Below the pieces are notes generated by a model. The model did no database searches, had not been told where the DNA came from, and worked only from the letters and a program-made list of their open reading frames with translations. A DNA stretch of 64,000 nucleotides from an uncultured delta proteobacterium (lineage in GTDB: Bacteria > Myxococcota_A > Polyangia > Polyangiales > B10-G4): NCBI GenBank assembly GCA_963727445.1, contig CAVSGI010000003.1:41701-105700 (forward strand), read 5' to 3'. The translations under genes were made by a program, and so were the position numbers. Shown here in pieces: positions 10,418-20,527 of this stretch. Each line of letters opens with the position of its first letter. Positions within the stretch are counted from its first letter, which is position 1.

Positions 10418-12254
10418 TCACTGCACGCCGGTCATGCGCTGAAAGGTCGCGCCCCGGTCGGTGCTCTCCACGACGCGGAGGTCGGCGCCTTCCTGCGCGA
10501 CGACGAGGACGCGCCCGTTCTCTTCGGCCAGGCGCGGAACGCCGCAGAAGCCTTCGCCATCGTCGAAGCAGGCGGCGATGATCCGCGCGTCGGTCGGCGT
10601 CTCTCCGAAGGTGCGCGCCAGGACCGGATCGTTCTGTGCTTCGTTGGTCCACGCCACGATCGTGCTGCCCTCGCTCCGGACCATCCCGAAGCCCGCCGCA
10701 AGAGGCGCCACTGGCGTGGCCCCTTCGCAGGGGCCGTTTGTGCGGCAGGCGATGATTCGAGCCGCCCCTCCTGGTGGTGCACCGCGAGGGTGGCCCCGGC
10801 TTCGTCGCAGGCGAGACGCACCCGATCACGCGACGGGCGTCGCGGATTCGAAGGGGGGCGCGCCGAGCGTGAAGTCGTGACGGTGTTCGGTGACGGGCCC
10901 CGACTCCCCGACCTCCACGATCATCACCCCCGTCCCGGTGCCCAGCGCGAAGAAGGCGCCGTCCTCGCACGCCGCGATGAAGGGCGCGCCCCCTTCGAGC
11001 TCGGCGAGGTGCGTCGCCTCCCCTTCCACTCCCCGCGAGTAGAAGCGCGTCACGTTCGTCTCGTCCGTCACCGAGTAGACGACGCGGCCCGAGGGGAGCA
11101 GCAGCACGTCGTCCTCTGCGCCGACCCCTTCGAGGACGATGCGCCGCTCGGGGGCGAGCATGGAGGGAGTGGCGTCCGTCTCCGTCTCCGAGTTCCGTCT
11201 CTGCCCCCGGATCCGTCTCCGTCTCCGAGCCCGTCTCCGTCTCCTGCGGCAGCACGAACCACCGCAGCTCCGCCCCCTGCCCCTCCGCGCCCACCGCCAC
11301 CATCCACACGTCGTGGGCGGTGGCGCGCAGCGACCGGTCGATGCGTCCGCGGGGATGGCCGCTCAACCAGATGGGCTCGGTCGCGCCTTCGCCGAAGATC
11401 CACCGGGACAGGCCGGTGCTGCGTCGAGCGCAGCGATGGGGATCGGTGGGGCAGAGCTCGGGGTTCGTGGCGTGGACCAGGATCGGGTCGTCGTCCGGCC
11501 CGTCGATCATCGCCCGCACCGTGCCGGGGCGGCGGATGCGGCCGGCGCGAGAGCGACCGCCGAGGGATTGGGTGCGGCTCAGGCCGCGAGCGTCCACCGC
11601 CCGAACGCGGATGCCGTCTCCGAGCGCGCGCACGTCGATCACCGCATCGGCCGCGGTGGTGAGAGGCACCCGCGCTGGGTCCGGCAGGCCGACGGCCGAG
11701 AGAGTGATCACCTCGTCCTCGATGGGGGTGCGGGGATCGATCTCACGCGCCAGGTCCGCCAGGCTGCCCGCCACGCGCCCCACCGCCGCCAGAGGCTCGA
11801 CGGGGACCCGTCCTTCGCTGCGCCCCGAGCGACGCTCGCGGCCCAGCGTCTCCAGCGCCGCGTCGGCGAGCTCGGCCACCTGGCGCACCCGCTCCTCCGC
11901 GCCTTTGACCCCCGGGTAGAGCAGAAAGGGCTCGCCGTCGATGAGCGAGCCGAGCAGCGGGCGGCAGCGCTCCGGCCACGCTTCGTCGGCGTTCAGGTAG
12001 TGGCTCGCATAGGCCAGCCGATCCCCGGCGGGGAGCGCCAGCCCGGCTTCTCCGGTGGCTTCGCCGCCGTAGAAGCAGGCTGCGAAGCTGCCGAAAGCCC
12101 GACGGGAGTCCCGCCCGCGCATCTCGCCCCGGACGTAGGGCCAGCCGATCAACAGCGCGAACAGCGCGATGTGGAGGGCGAAGCCCACGATCCAGATCGT
12201 CTTTCGACGGGCTCGCCCGCGGACGAACTCCGGATCGTCCCAATTCGCATCCAC
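10418..12254 (-). CDS. Hypothetical membrane-anchored protein (frameshifted)
   Basis: N-terminal TM helix; coding-like segments continue across three frames to the stop at 10418. Confidence 0.6.
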
Positions 12255-12442
12255 CGGGGGGAATCTAGAGCACTCGTCCTTTCGTCAACACGAATGCATT
12301 ACAAAAACGTCAGGAACACAGGTGGCCCGAGAGGTGTCCACGGTTGGAGCGCGGACCGAGATGCGCTCTAGCGGCCCCGGAGACGGGACCCTATACTCCC
12401 CACTGCCTCGGAAACGCGGACAAAGGACCGAAAGCCCACCGA

Positions 12443-15400
12443 ATGCGCCGATTCGCCCTTTTGTGGAAGCCCCTCACGGCCCTGGCCGCCGTCATCGCAG
12501 CGTTCACCATCACGTTCGTCTGGCCGGAGCGAAACGGCCTGGACATCGACATCGATGGCTCACCCCGGGCCCAGGCCGCGCGAAACCGCGAGCCCTACGA
12601 CCTGACCCAGCTCGGCGGTGCTCAATCGCGCCATCCTCGAGGTGAAGGACCACTACGTCGAGCCGGAGCGGGTGCACCCGAAGCAGATGCTCCTGTCGGG
12701 CCTCGACGCGATCCAGCGCTCGGTGGCCCCGGTCCTGGTCCACTACAGGACGGCTCGCCCACCCTCGACGTGCAGGTCAACGACCAGCGCCGCGAGTATC
12801 CACGTCGACGACGTCAACAGCCCCTGGGCTCTCGCCAACCGCTTCCGCGAGATCTTCGGCTTCCTGCAGACGAACCTGCAGGAGCGAGGACATCGATCTG
12901 CGCGACGTCGAGTACGCCGCCGTCAACGGCATGCTCCGCACCCTCGATCCGCACACGGTGCTGCTGACGCCGGACGTCTACGAAGAGATGCGGATGAGCA
13001 CCCGCGGCGAGTTCGGCGGTCTCGGGATCGTCATCTCCATCCGCGACGGCCAGCTCACGATCATCCGCCCGATGGACGACACGCCGGCCTCCCGCGCGGG
13101 GCTCCACGCGGGCGACCAGATCGTGAAGATCAACGACGAGTCCACCCTGAACATGCCGCTCTCGGAGGCGGTCGACCGGCTGCGCGGCGCGCCGGGCTCG
13201 CTCGGTGGAGGTCTGGGTCGTGCGCCAGGGCCGCGGCGGCTGGACCCAGCCGCGTCGCTTCGAGCTGGTCCGCGCCGTCATCCACATCGACTCCATCGAG
13301 TCGCGGATGCTCGGCGACGGCGTCGGCTACATCGCGATCAAGAGCTTCCAGGGCAACACCTACGAGGACATGCGCCGCGCCCTCGCGCAGCTGCACCGGC
13401 AGGGCCTGCAACGGCCTGGTGCTCGATCTGCGCGACGACCCCGGCGGCCTCCTCGAGCAGGCGGTGCGCGTCTCCGACGCGTTCCTCTCGAGCGGCACCA
13501 TCGTCACCACAGCTCGCAACGACCCGGCCCAGCGCGACGAGAAGTTCGCGCGTCAGCGAAGGCACCGAGCCCGACTACCCGATGGTCGTGCTCGTCAACG
13601 GCGGCAGCGCCTCGGCCTCGGAGATCGTCGCCGGCGCCCTCAAGAACCACGACCGCGCGCTGATCGTCGGCCAGCGTACCTTCGGCAAGGGCTCGGTGCA
13701 GGTCCTCTACGACTTCCAGGACGGCTCGGCGCTCAAGCTCACCATCGCCCAGTACCTGACGCCCGGCGACGTCTCGATCCAGGGCGTGGGCATCGTCGCC
13801 CGACATCGCCATCGACCCGATGACGGTCGACCGCGAGGACATGGACCTCGCGGTCGACTCGCAATACATGCGCGAGTCCGACCTCGCGCTCGCACCTCAC
13901 CAACGACCGCGCATCCGCGAACAGGAGCAGCCCGCGACCGTCCTGCGCTACTACCTCCGCGCGAGGAGCGCCAGCGCCTGCGCGAGGCCGACCCGCGAGG
14001 ACACCGAGGAGAACGAGGAGGAGGACGAGTTCCTCCTGCGCTTCAGCCGCGAGCTCCTCTCACGCGGGCGAACGCGCGCGGGTCGCCGCGAGATGCTCGT
14101 CGACGCGCAGCCCGTGATCGAGCGCGTCCCGGTCAGGAGATGGACCACGCGGTGGCCGAGCTCCGCCGCCTCGGCGTCGACTGGAGCGTGGGCACCGACC
14201 GCGGGCCGAGCGACGTCGACGTGGAGGTCTCCACCAACCGCCCGGACGACACCGGCGAAGCGGGTGGGCCCTTCGAGATCCGCGTGCGCGTGACCAACAC
14301 GGGGCGAGCACCCGCTCTTCCAGCTCCGCGCCACGACCAAGAGCGACTACAGCCTCTTCGATGGGCGCGAGCTGGTCTTCGGCCGCCTCGATCCCGGACA
14401 GACCCGCGAGTGGTCGACCACCCTCGGCATCTGCGACACCGAGAACGGCCAGCGCTCCTGCGACCTGCCTCAGGACCTGTCGGACCGCGCCGACGGCATC
14501 CGCGTCGAGTTCCAGGAAGCACACGACCACGTGCCCGCCCCGGCGGAGCTCCGCACCCGCGTGACCGCCCTGCCCCGTCCGCAGTTCGCGTACTCGGTGC
14601 AGGTGGCGGACACCGAAGGCAACGGTGATGGCCGCGTCTGCAGCCGCGGCGAGAAGGCGACGATCTACCTGCGCGTCCGCAACGTCGGCCGCGGGCGCAG
14701 CTTCGAGACCCAGGCGAACCTCCGCAACCTCTCGGGCCGGGGCGTCCTGCTCCGCGCCGGCCGCTTCTCCCTCGAGCCCATGCAGCCGGGCGAGGAGCGC
14801 ACGGTGGAGTTCACCTTCGAGGTCCTGCCGGACTTCGACCGTGACGACGCGAAGCTCGAGGTCTCGGTCGCGGACACCGATCTGCGCGAGTACGTGACGG
14901 AGAAGATCGACGTCCCGGTGGCCGAGAGCACGCCGGCCCCGCAGGCGCGCTCCGGCCAGGTGACCCTCGCCGACGGCGCCACCATTCGCGAGCGTGCCGA
15001 CGACCACGCCGAGTTGGTGGCCCGCGTCCGCGGCGGCGGCCTCACCCTGCCGGCGCAGGCACAGAGCGATGGCTGGGTGCGCGTCGACCTGGGTGACGGG
15101 CGGCCTGGCTGGGTCGCCGACGACGCCCTCGGCAGCGGCAGCGGCGGCGCCATTCGCTGGCACGTCAATCACATGCCCCCGCGTCTCGAGGTCGAGCACG
15201 GCTCGGACCTCGTGACCCGAAGCGAGACCCTGCAGGTGAGCGGCACCGCGCGCGACGATCAGCGCGTGCGCGACCTCTACATCTTCGTGGGCTCGCGCAA
15301 GGTCTACTACCAATCGAACCGCACCTCCGACACCCCGCGCGAGGCGCGCTTCGAGACCCAGGTCGACCTGAACCCAGGCATCAACTACGTCACGGTCTTC

Positions 15401-15529
15401 GCCCGCGAGTCGGACGACGTGATCTCGCGCGACACCTTCGTCGTGCGCCGCGACGGCCCCGACGGAAGCTTGCTCGAGACGCCGCAGTACGACGACCACG
15501 CGCTGGGCGCGTTCGACGAAGAGCTCTGA
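12443..15529 (+). CDS. S41 C-terminal processing protease, MXAN_5808-like (PDZ + S41 + Ig-like and SH3-like domains); many frameshifts
   Basis: LDPHT, GEFGGLGI (PDZ), LDLRDDPGGLL, VLVNGGSASASEIVAGAL and TFGKGSVQ motifs spread over several frames. Confidence 0.88.
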
Positions 15530-15533
15530 TCCC

Positions 15534-16499
15534 TCAAAGACCGAAGGAGCTCGCGAGCGCCTCGGCGTCGGCGTTCGTCGCGTAGTCGAGGCGGGCGAGG
15601 AAGCGGCGGTAGTCCTTCATCACCCGGGTGCCGCCCATCTCGCCGCGGAGGTGGTAGTCGGTGATGCGGGTCGCGGTGAAGCGGGCCGCGGCGGCCATGA
15701 GCGACAGACGCAGGCTCGCGCGTTCGACCTCGGCCAGGGGCCGCTCGGCGGCATAGCCGGCGCACATCGCGCGGGCGAGGGGCAGCGCGAGGGCGTCGCC
15801 CCAACACCAGGCGAGGAGCGTGACGGCGAGGTCGTAGACCCGGGCGTCGTCGCTCGCGCTCTCCCAGTCGATGGCGGCGACGATGGTGTCGCCTTCCCAA
15901 CGGACGTTGTCGCGGAAGAGATCCCCATGAACGACGCCTGTCGGCAGCTCGGCGGGCAGCGCCGCGTCCACCTCGTCGAGGGCGGCGCGGGTGCGGGCGA
16001 TGGCCGGCGCGAGATCGGCCTCGCCGGCTGCCTCGGCCTGGGAGAGCCGCGCCCGCACGTCGGCGCGGGTGAAGCGGCCCTCGCGGCGCTCTGGGAAGTC
16101 GTCGGTGGCGAGATGAACCTGGGCGAGGAAGCGCCCGACCGCCTCGGCTCGCGCCGGCGTCACCCCCGCCTGACAGGACTCCACCCCCCGGGCGAGCGCG
16201 AAGACCGCCGTGGGCTTGCCCTCCACCCGCAGCTCACCCGGCCCCGGTCCCTCGACCCGCGCGGGCACGGGGAGCGCCCGCGCGCTCAGGTGCTGGAGCA
16301 GGCGCCACTCGTAGCCCACGCCGTCGCTCTCCTGCTCCTCGTAGATCCGGCAGAACCACCGCCCGCGATCGGTCTCGACGAAGAAATTGGAGTTCACGCT
16401 CCCAGCGGCAATGGGAGTGATTTCGCGGAGAACCCCCAAATCGTGGGCCTCTGCAATCCGGCGTCCATCCGCCCTCGAGAGCTGGGTGTAGACCGCCAT
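15534..16499 (-). CDS. thrB: Homoserine kinase type II
   Basis: MAVYT start, GSVNSNF, HGDLFRDNV, IDW, AAARF..TR motifs. Confidence 0.88.
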   Translation of the reverse strand: MAVYTQLSRADGRRIAEAHDLGVLREITPIAAGSVNSNFFVETDRGRWFCRIYEEQESDGVGYEWRLLQHLSARALPVPARVEGPGPGELRVEGKPTAVFALARGVESCQAGVTPARAEAVGRFLAQVHLATDDFPERREGRFTRADVRARLSQAEAAGEADLAPAIARTRAALDEVDAALPAELPTGVVHGDLFRDNVRWEGDTIVAAIDWESASDDARVYDLAVTLLAWCWGDALALPLARAMCAGYAAERPLAEVERASLRLSLMAAAARFTATRITDYHLRGEMGGTRVMKDYRRFLARLDYATNADAEALASSFGL

Positions 16500-16583
16500 C
16501 CCGACCGGGCGTAGCACGCTTTACACCGTGGGGGCACCAGTGGTATGCGCTGGGCACAAGCTTGTAATAGCGGGGGCTTTCCA

Positions 16584-17414
16584 TTGGCAGCCAAGAAGAA
16601 AAAGCAGGCCACGAAAAAGGGCTCGGGGCGGAAGGCGACGAAGAAGTCGACCCGTAAGAGCGCCCCTCGCAAGGCCGCCAAGAAGACGCCGGCCAAGAAG
16701 TCGACCAAGAAGTCGACCAAGAAGAAGAGCGCCAAGAAGACGCCGGCCAAGAAGACGCCGGCCAAGAAGTCGACCAAGAAGGCCTCCAAGAAGAGCGCCA
16801 AGAAGTCGACCAAGAAGGCCTCCAAGAAGAGCGCCAAGAAGTCGACCAAGAAGACGCCCCAGAAGGCCTCCAAGAAGGCGGCGAAGAAGAAGACCGCCAA
16901 GAAGAAGCCCACCGCGCCGAAGACGGCGCGCGCCGCCAAGTCGCGCAAGAAGTCGGAGCGGGTCGGTGCGCCCAAGCAGCGCTTTCGCCAGCCCGTGGCT
17001 CCGAAGGACACCATCCGTCGTCCCCAGGACAGCGAAGAGCTCAAGCAGAAGCTCGGTGCCCTGCATCAGGCGACCAGCCAGATCCGCAGCCTCAAGCGCT
17101 CGCTGAACAAGAGCTTCTACGAGATCGGGCAGATCCTGCGGAAGATCGAGACCGAGCGCCTCTACGAGGTGAAGGGCTACGGCTCCTTCGAAGCCTTCGT
17201 GGACCGCGAGATCGACCTCGGCAAGCAGCTCAGCCTCAAGATCGTGCGGATCGTCCAGACGTTCATTCGAGACGCGGCCGTTGCCGCGGGCCTCGAGCGG
17301 GTGACCGCCGCCCTCGACGCCCTCGAGGACGACGGCGGCGAGAGCTCATCGTCGCAGACGCCGCCCACCACCAGCAGTGGCGGCCGTTCGCCCATCCCAT
17401 TTCACAAGCAGTGA
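16584..17414 (+). CDS. Histone H1-like Lys/Ala-rich protein with C-terminal helical (DUF3102-like) domain
   Basis: ~130-aa KKS/KKT/KKA repeats, then FYEIGQILRKI..LY..KGYGSFEAFV; TTG start assumed. Confidence 0.75.
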   Translation: MAAKKKKQATKKGSGRKATKKSTRKSAPRKAAKKTPAKKSTKKSTKKKSAKKTPAKKTPAKKSTKKASKKSAKKSTKKASKKSAKKSTKKTPQKASKKAAKKKTAKKKPTAPKTARAAKSRKKSERVGAPKQRFRQPVAPKDTIRRPQDSEELKQKLGALHQATSQIRSLKRSLNKSFYEIGQILRKIETERLYEVKGYGSFEAFVDREIDLGKQLSLKIVRIVQTFIRDAAVAAGLERVTAALDALEDDGGESSSSQTPPTTSSGGRSPIPFHKQ

Positions 17415-17435
17415 GATGAGGCGTCACGGCGGAGG

Positions 17436-18749
17436 TTGGTCGGGTTGATCCCGCTCACGGTCTCCGTTCTCTGCGTCCTGGCGAACGCCTTCATGGTGTC
17501 TGCGGAGTTCGCCTTTGCGAAGGTCCGTCCGACGAGCCTCGAAGCGCTCGCGCGGGCGGGTGATCCCAAGGCGAAGCGCGCGCTCGCCATGACGCGCCGG
17601 CTGGACGCCTATCTGTCGGCGACCCAGCTCGGGATCACCCTGGCCTCCCTCGGCCTCGGCTGGCTCGGCGAGCCGGCCCTGGCGGATCTGCTCACACCGG
17701 TGTTGGCCCGCTTCGGGCTCTCCACCGCGGTCATCCACGGCATTTCGTACGCGATCGCCTTCGGCACCATCTCACTTTTTCACATCGTGCTCGGCGAGCT
17801 CGTGCCCAAGTCCATCGCGATCCAGTACCCGGAGCTGGTGGCGCGCTGGGCCGGTGGCGCCCTTCACGCCTTCTACAACCTGACCCTGCCCGCGATGTGG
17901 GTGCTGAACGGCCTGTCGAATTCGGTGCTGCGGCTGATCCGCGTGCCTCCGCCCGGACACGTGGAGGGCAAGCTGAGCCCGGACGAGATCCGGGTGATCA
18001 TCCAGTCCTCCTTCTCGGAAGGGGACGAGACCGACCGCAAGCGCGACCTGCTCGAGCGGGTGCTCCGCGGCACCGACCGACCGGTGCGTGCGGTGATGGT
18101 GCCGCGTGTGGACATGGTGGTGCTCCCCACCGACGCCGGCCCCGACGAGTGCATCGCGCTGGTCCGCAAGCACGGCTTCAGCCGCTATCCCGTTTGCGAG
18201 GACGGCGACCCCGACAACGTCGTCGGATACGTTCACGTCAAAGACCTGCTCTCGCTCTCCGGCGAACGGGTGACCGTCCTCGACAAGAAGCGCGAGGTGC
18301 TCTTCGTCCCGGAGACCGCGAAGGTCGGCGACCTCTTGAGCGAGTTCCAGCTGACCAGCACGCCCTTCGCCGTGGTCGTCGACGAGTACGGGGGCACCGA
18401 CGGCCTTGTGACGGTGGAAGACGTCGTCGAGGAGATGGTCGGCGAGATCCACGACGAGCACGACAGCGAGCGTCCTCGGATCGTGGAGCGCCAGGACGGC
18501 ACGCTCTCGGTCGACGCCAAGGTGATCATGGGCGAGCTCGATCTGCCGGATCTCGGACTCGACGAGGACACCGAGGATCAGACGGTCGGCGGTTACGTCG
18601 TCGAGCAGCTCGGGCGGCTGGCCCGCACGGGCGACGCGGTGCGCTGCGGCGCCTACGACCTCACGGTCGAGGTGGCCCGGCGCCGGCGCATTCGCCGCGT
18701 CTCCATGCGCAGGCGTCCCGACTCGCTTCCGCCAGAGGACGAAGACTGA
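17436..18749 (+). CDS. HlyC/CorC (CNNM) family transporter: DUF21 + CBS pair + CorC_HlyC
   Basis: QLGITLASLGLGWLGEP, GELVPK, VMVPRVDM, FSRYPV, VVDEYGGTDGLVTVEDVVEE. Confidence 0.92.
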   Translation: MVGLIPLTVSVLCVLANAFMVSAEFAFAKVRPTSLEALARAGDPKAKRALAMTRRLDAYLSATQLGITLASLGLGWLGEPALADLLTPVLARFGLSTAVIHGISYAIAFGTISLFHIVLGELVPKSIAIQYPELVARWAGGALHAFYNLTLPAMWVLNGLSNSVLRLIRVPPPGHVEGKLSPDEIRVIIQSSFSEGDETDRKRDLLERVLRGTDRPVRAVMVPRVDMVVLPTDAGPDECIALVRKHGFSRYPVCEDGDPDNVVGYVHVKDLLSLSGERVTVLDKKREVLFVPETAKVGDLLSEFQLTSTPFAVVVDEYGGTDGLVTVEDVVEEMVGEIHDEHDSERPRIVERQDGTLSVDAKVIMGELDLPDLGLDEDTEDQTVGGYVVEQLGRLARTGDAVRCGAYDLTVEVARRRRIRRVSMRRRPDSLPPEDED

Positions 18750-18756
18750 AGCGAGC

Positions 18757-19338
18757 TCAGAGGTGGGCCGCGAGCGAGGACGGAAGCGCGCCGCCGTCGT
18801 TCCGAAGGTGCCGCCAGAGCACCTCCACCAGACGCCGGCGCGCTCGGGCGTAGCCGGTGGCCTCCAGCGACGAAGCGTCGGGGAGCGCCATGGAGACGCG
18901 CTCGATGGCGTCGAATCGCAGCAGAGGCTCGACCCGCGTGCGGATCACCCGCCCCTGCTCCCAGACCACCGCCACCACGTCGACGAAGGGTCCGTAGAGC
19001 GGCCGCGAGAGAACCACCGCCCCCGTCTCGCCGTCGCCACCCATCCAGGCGGCGGGGGTCCGGAGCTCCGGGGTCATCTCCCGGTGCTGCCCATCGGCGA
19101 AGAGCACGTCGCGGATGCGCGCAGCGAGGGCGGGGTCGCTCTCCACCGAGAGCAGGGCCACCAGGGGTCCCACGGCCGATACACCCTCGGCCGCTGCGCC
19201 TTCCCGCACCGCGTCGATGAACGCGGCCCGCGCTTGCTCGGGCGCCCGGCCGTAGGTCGCCGCGAGGGCGAGCGCCGCCTCCGCGTCATCCACAGCCGCC
19301 GCCACCAAGGCGTCGAAGGGCTCCCCTGCGCGATTCAC
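18757..19338 (-). CDS. Hypothetical protein
   Basis: 193-aa ORF filling the gap, divergent from the sigma factor gene. Confidence 0.6.
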   Translation of the reverse strand: MNRAGEPFDALVAAAVDDAEAALALAATYGRAPEQARAAFIDAVREGAAAEGVSAVGPLVALLSVESDPALAARIRDVLFADGQHREMTPELRTPAAWMGGDGETGAVVLSRPLYGPFVDVVAVVWEQGRVIRTRVEPLLRFDAIERVSMALPDASSLEATGYARARRRLVEVLWRHLRNDGGALPSSLAAHL

Positions 19339-19472
19339 GGGCTTTTTCTAGCGTGGGGTGAAGCGCACAACCAATGATTCGTGACCCTTGACGCCCCCTT
19401 CGCCTCGTGTGTAATCGAGACCGAAGATGGACGCCGGCTGGATGTGGCGGCGAGAACTCGAGTAATTCCGCG

Positions 19473-20135
19473 GTGGGGGACGAGAAAGACTTTGTCGAGG
19501 AGTGGCGGCCCTTCGTGGTCAGCATTGCGCACAAAGTGCGTGCGAGCCTCGACTTTCAGGGGGAGCTCGACGATCTGATCGGCGCGGGAATGGAGGGCTT
19601 GGTCTCCGCGCGGGCCCGCTTCGATGCGTCACGCGGGGTGAAGTTCAACACCTTCGCCTATTACCGGGTGCGCGGGGCGATGATGGATCAGGTCCGCAAG
19701 ATGGCCTATTTGCCCGCGCGCACCCATCGGCTGCTGAAAGCTGCCGAGGCCGGCGACGAGGTGCTCCTGGCGGAGGCGGAGGCGCTGGGCGCGGGCCCGG
19801 GCACGGGGCAGAGCGATCCCCAGAAGACCCTCGAGAAGATCGACGACGCCCTCGGCAAGCTCACGGCCTCTTTCGTGATGGCCGCGGTGGGGCAGGACGA
19901 GAGCGAAGAGGTCCCCACCCCCGAAGCGAGCGTCATCGCGGTGGACGAAGCGGCGCGGGTCCGAGAGGCCCTCGAGGTTCTCGACGAGCGGGAGCGGGCG
20001 CTGGTCCAGGGCTTCTATTTCGAGGGGCGCCGCTTCGACGAGGTCGCAGCGGAGCTGGGTATCAGCAAGTCCTGGGCGAGCCGGCTCCACGGAAAGGCGC
20101 TCGATCGGCTGCGCAAGGCGCTCGGCGAGGGCTGA
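19473..20135 (+). CDS. FliA/WhiG-like sigma-70 family RNA polymerase sigma factor
   Basis: DDLIGAGMEGL..RFDASRGVKFNTFAYYRVRGAMMD (region 2); EVAAELGISKSWASRLH (region 4). Confidence 0.88.
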   Translation: MGDEKDFVEEWRPFVVSIAHKVRASLDFQGELDDLIGAGMEGLVSARARFDASRGVKFNTFAYYRVRGAMMDQVRKMAYLPARTHRLLKAAEAGDEVLLAEAEALGAGPGTGQSDPQKTLEKIDDALGKLTASFVMAAVGQDESEEVPTPEASVIAVDEAARVREALEVLDERERALVQGFYFEGRRFDEVAAELGISKSWASRLHGKALDRLRKALGEG

Positions 20136-20195
20136 CTGAAGGTCGGGCGCAACTCACCCCGTGTGGTGGCGATAAGCGACGCACCAGGAGGAGTG

Positions 20196-20495
20196 ATGAG
20201 CGATCCCATTCATGGTCCGGCAGCCGCGGGCCGCCGCCCCAACCAGCACCAGCCCTCGTCTTCGGGGCGCTCCTTCCGTGAGCTCCTCGAGGACGCGGCC
20301 AAGAGCATCGACCACGGCCGGCGAAGCCTCGACCGCGCCATCGCCCACGGCCACGCGGGCCGCACCCTGTCGCAGGAGGAGCTCCTGGCGCTTCAAGCGA
20401 CGGTGTACCGCTACACCCAGGAGCTGGAGATCGCGAGCAAGCTCGTCGACAAGTCCACCACCGCTGTCCGCACCACCCTCCAAAGCCAGCAATAG
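20196..20495 (+). CDS. Small protein resembling T3SS inner rod (SctI/YscI/HrpB2) C-terminal domain
   Basis: C-terminus ELLALQ..YRYTQELEIASKLVDKSTTAVRTTLQSQ; AGGAGG RBS upstream. Confidence 0.6.
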   Translation: MSDPIHGPAAAGRRPNQHQPSSSGRSFRELLEDAAKSIDHGRRSLDRAIAHGHAGRTLSQEELLALQATVYRYTQELEIASKLVDKSTTAVRTTLQSQQ

Positions 20496-20527
20496 CCAGC
20501 CGTGTTGGGTGCTACCATTTGCGCGGG

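Noticed and set aside
11170..11245. GTCTCC short repeats
   Set aside because: Low-complexity ETET linker within a coding region; no sign of a separate function.
12312..12342. GGAAC..GTC ECF-like promoter upstream of the S41 protease gene
   Set aside because: Match too short and spacing ambiguous to support a call.
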